A stretch of 64,000 nucleotides of DNA from Vulcanimicrobiota bacterium (GTDB taxonomy: Bacteria > Vulcanimicrobiota > Vulcanimicrobiia > Vulcanimicrobiales > Vulcanimicrobiaceae): assembly GCA_963786105.1 (NCBI GenBank), contig CAWAXX010000007.1:1-64000 (forward strand), given 5' to 3'. The notes under the pieces were generated by a model, which was not told the origin of the DNA, made no database searches, and saw only the letters and a list, made by a program, of their open reading frames with translations. Both the position numbers and the translations under genes were made by a program. Below are positions 60,117 to 64,000 of the stretch, one piece after another (within the stretch, counting starts at the first letter, position 1; every line of letters starts with the position of its first letter).

Positions 60117-61706
60117 TCAAGTCAACCGCATGGCGGCGAGGTCGAGATCGTATTCGATCGAGCGAAAGATCGCATCGGGAATCTCGCCCGCTGCGCGCAT
60201 CTGCATGATCGTGCGGCGCTCCGCTTCAAGCGCCGCTTTTTGCAAACGCCGATCCGCACGACTTTCGGCTGCTGCCTGCTTTTCGTCTTTGGCGACTTTA
60301 CCGCGTAAAACGTTGATGCGTTGTTCGTACTCGTCGATGATGCGCTCCGACAACTCGATTTCGGGGCCACCTTCGCGGCGCCGCCCCTCGTCCCGCAATC
60401 GCGCGATACCCGCCTCGAGCGCCCGAATGCGGAGCCGCGCTTCGCGCCGCTGACTCTTGCTCGCTTCCGTCATTCCCAGCCATTCGATCAACGGCCGCAG
60501 CGTTAATCCTTGCAGTAACAGGGTCGCGAACACCACGCAGACGGTGAAGAAGATCGTGGGTCCACGCTGCGGGAACGGCTGATCGCCGAGGGTGTACGGG
60601 AGCGCGAGCGCGGCCGCCAGCGAAACGATTCCGCGCATTCCGGACCATCCGATAACCGCGACGGCACGCCAAGACGGGCTAGGGTCGTGCGCGCGTAACC
60701 GGTGGCTGAAAATGCGCGGGAGGTACGTCGCCGGGAAGACCCATACGATGCGAACGACGATTACGAGGGCGACGAGCATCGCGCCGTACAGCGCATAGTC
60801 GCGTACGTGTGGTTGCAGCTCGGCAATAATTGCCGGAAGCTGCAACCCGATGAGCAAGAACGCGAACGCATTCAAGACGTAGGTGAGCACCCGCCACACG
60901 GCCGAGCCGATCAATCGCGTTTCGGAATCGATGAAAAGCCGGGAGCGCCAGCTCAGAACGATCCCGGAAGTAACGGCCGCCAGCACGCCGGACACGTGCA
61001 ACGCTTCGGCGGGAAGATACGCGGCAAAGGGCGCGAGGAGAAACACGACGCTGGCGATGGTCGGATCGTCGAAGCCGAACTTGCGCATGTAGCGCAACAC
61101 GCCCTCGAGTACCACGGCGGCGACGACCCCCAGCACGATGCCTCCGGTTCCGACGATTGCAAACGCCACGCTCGCGTGCGCCAGCGAGAACGCTCCGGAC
61201 ACCGCCGCCACCAGCGCGAACCGATAAAGCACGAGCGCGGTCGCATCGTTGACCAAACACTCGCCGATGATGATCGCGGCAATACGCCGGGGAATCGAGA
61301 TGCGTTCGAAGATCGCCTCGGCGGCGACCGCGTCGGGCGGCGAAACGATCGCACCCAGCGTGAACGCCAGCGGCCACGTAAAGCCGGGTATGACCGCGTG
61401 GACGGCTACCGCCACCACGACCGTTGTGAAAATGACCAAGCCGAAGGCCAACAAGGAGATCGGTCGCCAATTCCTTCTCAACTCGAGCCAGTCGGTCGAC
61501 CACGCCGCGCTGTAGAGCAACGGCGGCAAGACGACCAGCAAAACGATCTCCGGATCGAAGTGCGGATGCGGCAGATTGCGAGCGAACGCCAACGCTACGC
61601 CGCCGATGACGAACGAAATCGGAAACGGAACGTTGAGGCGCTTCGCGGCTATGCTCAGCACGACGACAGCGCTGAGGAAGGTGACGAGGATCAGCGCTTC
61701 GTTCAT
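60117..61706 (-). CDS. CPA1 Na+/H+ antiporter
   Basis: LPPLLY, SPPDAVA, GECLVNDA and GMRGIVSLAAAL. Confidence 0.92.
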   Translation of the reverse strand: MNEALILVTFLSAVVVLSIAAKRLNVPFPISFVIGGVALAFARNLPHPHFDPEIVLLVVLPPLLYSAAWSTDWLELRRNWRPISLLAFGLVIFTTVVVAVAVHAVIPGFTWPLAFTLGAIVSPPDAVAAEAIFERISIPRRIAAIIIGECLVNDATALVLYRFALVAAVSGAFSLAHASVAFAIVGTGGIVLGVVAAVVLEGVLRYMRKFGFDDPTIASVVFLLAPFAAYLPAEALHVSGVLAAVTSGIVLSWRSRLFIDSETRLIGSAVWRVLTYVLNAFAFLLIGLQLPAIIAELQPHVRDYALYGAMLVALVIVVRIVWVFPATYLPRIFSHRLRAHDPSPSWRAVAVIGWSGMRGIVSLAAALALPYTLGDQPFPQRGPTIFFTVCVVFATLLLQGLTLRPLIEWLGMTEASKSQRREARLRIRALEAGIARLRDEGRRREGGPEIELSERIIDEYEQRINVLRGKVAKDEKQAAAESRADRRLQKAALEAERRTIMQMRAAGEIPDAIFRSIEYDLDLAAMRLT

Positions 61707-61720
61707 CGCAGATTCGCTTC

Positions 61721-62302
61721 TTAGGGTCCGATTGGTTCGCCGGCAGCGCGCAGATCGATGGCGAATCCGGCTACCACGAGGTACGCGTCGGCGGCACCTC
61801 GGGCCAATCGCTGCGCCATGCGTCCCATCGTGTCGCGAAAGAGCCGCGCGGAGACCGCAATTGGTACGACGTCCCAGCCGATTTGTTCGCTCACCGCAAT
61901 GACGTGCGCCGGCGACGCCAGCAGGGCGTCGACGAACTCCGCCGCCTCGCGGTCGAGTTGTTCTTCGAGAACGGTGTAGTCGACCTCGAGCAACTCGATG
62001 CGCTCGCCGATGCGCGCCGCCAGCCACGTGCCCAGCGCGTCGACCAGTAAACACGTATCGCTAGCGGCGTCGCGAAATAGGGCAAGTTGAGCGTCGTGCG
62101 TCATCGCGGCGGTTTCGACCGTGCGCCACGACGCCGGACGGTCCCGCAGGTGCCGCGTCAGCCGCGAGTGCCACTCGGCATCGTCGGGCTCGTGAGCGGC
62201 GGTCGCGACGTAGGTTACCTCGAGACCGCTCTCGCGCGCGAGTTTCACCCCAAACGCGCTCTTTCCCGAACGCACGGGACCGGTAACGAATACGACTGCC
62301 AT
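61721..62302 (-). CDS. cobU: Adenosylcobinamide kinase/phosphate guanylyltransferase
   Basis: GPVRSGKS, YVATA, RP..W.TVE and RLFRD..G. Confidence 0.88.
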   Translation of the reverse strand: MAVVFVTGPVRSGKSAFGVKLARESGLEVTYVATAAHEPDDAEWHSRLTRHLRDRPASWRTVETAAMTHDAQLALFRDAASDTCLLVDALGTWLAARIGERIELLEVDYTVLEEQLDREAAEFVDALLASPAHVIAVSEQIGWDVVPIAVSARLFRDTMGRMAQRLARGAADAYLVVAGFAIDLRAAGEPIGP

Positions 62303-62362
62303 CTGCGAACGTTCCATTCGACTCCGAACGGCTTCGCGTCCCGCCTCGTCGAAATGGGCTTT

Positions 62363-63436
62363 ATGGCGGCCAACGTTCTGAGCGTCGCGATCGGAGCAGC
62401 GCTCGTCTTGCTCACGATGAACGACGTTTTTCAATCCGTAATCGTTCCGCGCGCGGTCGGCCGGCACTATCGGATCAGTTATTACGCGTGGCGGGGAGCG
62501 TGGACGCTGTGGCCGGCTTTGGCGTGGAAAGTGTCGGCCGGCGACGACGAGCGGCGAGAGGACCTGCTCGCGTACTTTGCCCCAGGCATGCTCATCGCGC
62601 TGCTGGCGATGTGGAGCGCGTTGCTCATCCTGGGCTACGGCACGATACTCTGGGGGTTGCGCGCCGGCCTTTCACCGGCCGTGCATTCGTACGGCACCGC
62701 GGCATACTTTGCCGGAACGTCGCTGACCACGATCGGCTTCGGCGACTTTGCCGGACGAACCGCCGGCACGCGCTTCTTCTCGATCGTCGCGGGAGCGAGC
62801 GGGCTCTCGCTCTTCGCAATCCTCACCGCTTATTTGTTCGCGTTGTTCGGCTCGTTTCAAGCGCGCGAAACCTTCGTCGTCATGGTCGGGGCGCGCACCG
62901 GAACGCCGCCGAGCGGCGTCGATTTGCTGGCAATCGCCGGCTACACGCAGACCGTCGGGAACTTGGACGGTCTGCTGCGGGACGCACAGCGTTGGGTGGC
63001 GCAAGTGATGGAAAGCCATCTCGCGTACCCAGTGCTGGCGTACTTTCGTTCGAGCCACGATTACCAGTCGTGGATAGGGACGCTCGGCACGCTGCTCGAT
63101 GCGGCCACCCTGACGATGACGACGATCGACGGCGTCAGCAACGGCGAAGCGAGAATTTTTTACAACATCGGACGTCACGCAGCCCACGACCTCACCAAAT
63201 ACCTCGGCGTCGTTCGCGAGGTGACGTCGGCCGGCCTCGAACGTGACGAGTTCGAAAGCGCCTGCGATCGCCTAATTCACGCCGGCTACCGCTTGTACGA
63301 TCGCAACGCCTCTTGGGAGCGCTTTGCGTCGATGCGCGCCACCTACGCGCCGCAGCTCAACTCGCTCGCACGCTTTTTCGTCATCCCGCCGCTCCAGTGG
63401 ATCGGCGACCGAGGACCCGTCACCGGGCCTCATTAG
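62363..63436 (+). CDS. Potassium-channel-like (Ion_trans_2) membrane protein
   Basis: TTIGFGD filter-like motif; ESH.AYPVL.YFRS C-terminal domain. Confidence 0.82.
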   Translation: MAANVLSVAIGAALVLLTMNDVFQSVIVPRAVGRHYRISYYAWRGAWTLWPALAWKVSAGDDERREDLLAYFAPGMLIALLAMWSALLILGYGTILWGLRAGLSPAVHSYGTAAYFAGTSLTTIGFGDFAGRTAGTRFFSIVAGASGLSLFAILTAYLFALFGSFQARETFVVMVGARTGTPPSGVDLLAIAGYTQTVGNLDGLLRDAQRWVAQVMESHLAYPVLAYFRSSHDYQSWIGTLGTLLDAATLTMTTIDGVSNGEARIFYNIGRHAAHDLTKYLGVVREVTSAGLERDEFESACDRLIHAGYRLYDRNASWERFASMRATYAPQLNSLARFFVIPPLQWIGDRGPVTGPH

Positions 63437-63437
63437 C

Positions 63438-64000
63438 CTAGAAGCCGTGGGTCATGTCTACGCGGTGAAGGAACGTTTTGGCGTCGTCGATCGGAACCGC
63501 GAAACCGATGCTCGGTTCCGATTCGAAGCGCGAGTCGGCGATCCCGAACACGTCACCGGTGTCCGCGAAAAACACGGGCGCGCCGCTCTCTCCCGGAACG
63601 ATCGACGTGGTCAGCTCGAGCGCGTCTTTACGAATCGACGAGAGCAGTCCGGCGTCGAGCGACGTCGTCAAGCCGAGGCCTTCGTCGGCGAATTCATCGG
63701 GAACCGGATACCCGAGCAAAGCGACTTGGCGACCGATCTCGGACTGGAGATGCGCCGACGTTCCCAGCGGAACGACCGGCAAGTTCGGACGCTGCGTCCG
63801 TACCAGTGCGAGGTCGAGATCGGCGTTAGCCGCAACTACCCGGGCCGGCGAGCGTTTGCGGTTGCCCACGGTGACCGAGAGGTCCCACGCGCCGTCGATG
63901 GCGTGCTGCACGGTTAGAACGTCGCTGCCCCAGTCGCCCGATGCTATCACGAACCCGGTAGCGTAGGCCTCGTCGTACCGGTCTTTCTTGTGTTCGGGCG
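63438..64000 (-). CDS. Trypsin-like serine protease, 5' end outside window
   Basis: LTVQH, DLALV and PGESGAP catalytic triad motifs. Confidence 0.85.
   Translation of the reverse strand, partial: PEHKKDRYDEAYATGFVIASGDWGSDVLTVQHAIDGAWDLSVTVGNRKRSPARVVAANADLDLALVRTQRPNLPVVPLGTSAHLQSEIGRQVALLGYPVPDEFADEGLGLTTSLDAGLLSSIRKDALELTTSIVPGESGAPVFFADTGDVFGIADSRFESEPSIGFAVPIDDAKTFLHRVDMTHGF

Overview
High-GC bacterial chromosome segment. The many NHL-repeat and 'LAGC' lipoproteins are reminiscent of Vulcanimicrobiota/Eremiobacterota, but this is an unverified inference. Positions 1-4.3 kb are a decayed island at the 3' end of a tRNA-Ser(TGA). It holds a 5'-truncated tyrosine integrase and a tandem array of paralogous lipoprotein genes, each bordered by an invariant 20-bp 7-4-7 direct-repeat box; one gene is cleanly split by a complete IS3 element. 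Positions 4.7-13.3 kb are an accessory region: NHL lipoproteins, an ECF sigma/SDR/DUF899 cluster, a repeat-rich secreted protein, and an AT-richer patch with two small convergent genes whose C-termini align without gaps to type III secretion needle subunits, although no T3SS gene is in the window. Positions 13.5-21.2 kb encode a large multicopper oxidase, a tandem-ABM membrane protein and a single-ORF xanthine-dehydrogenase-like molybdoenzyme. Positions 21-44 kb are core-like genes: PP2C/anti-sigma sensor, S53 protease, ATL protein, MFS-acyltransferase fusion, kynA/kynU, MATE, suhB, MgtE-CBS plus NRAMP-related transporter, PucR, atypical GS, PLP decarboxylase, AKR, RidA and a TPR protein. A full nuoA-N operon on the minus strand (44.2-58.2 kb) carries many single-base frameshifts that are probably sequencing errors. 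The window ends with patatin, a CPA1 antiporter, cobU, a K+-channel-like gene and a trypsin-like protease. All assignments come from motif recognition by eye; no searches were run.
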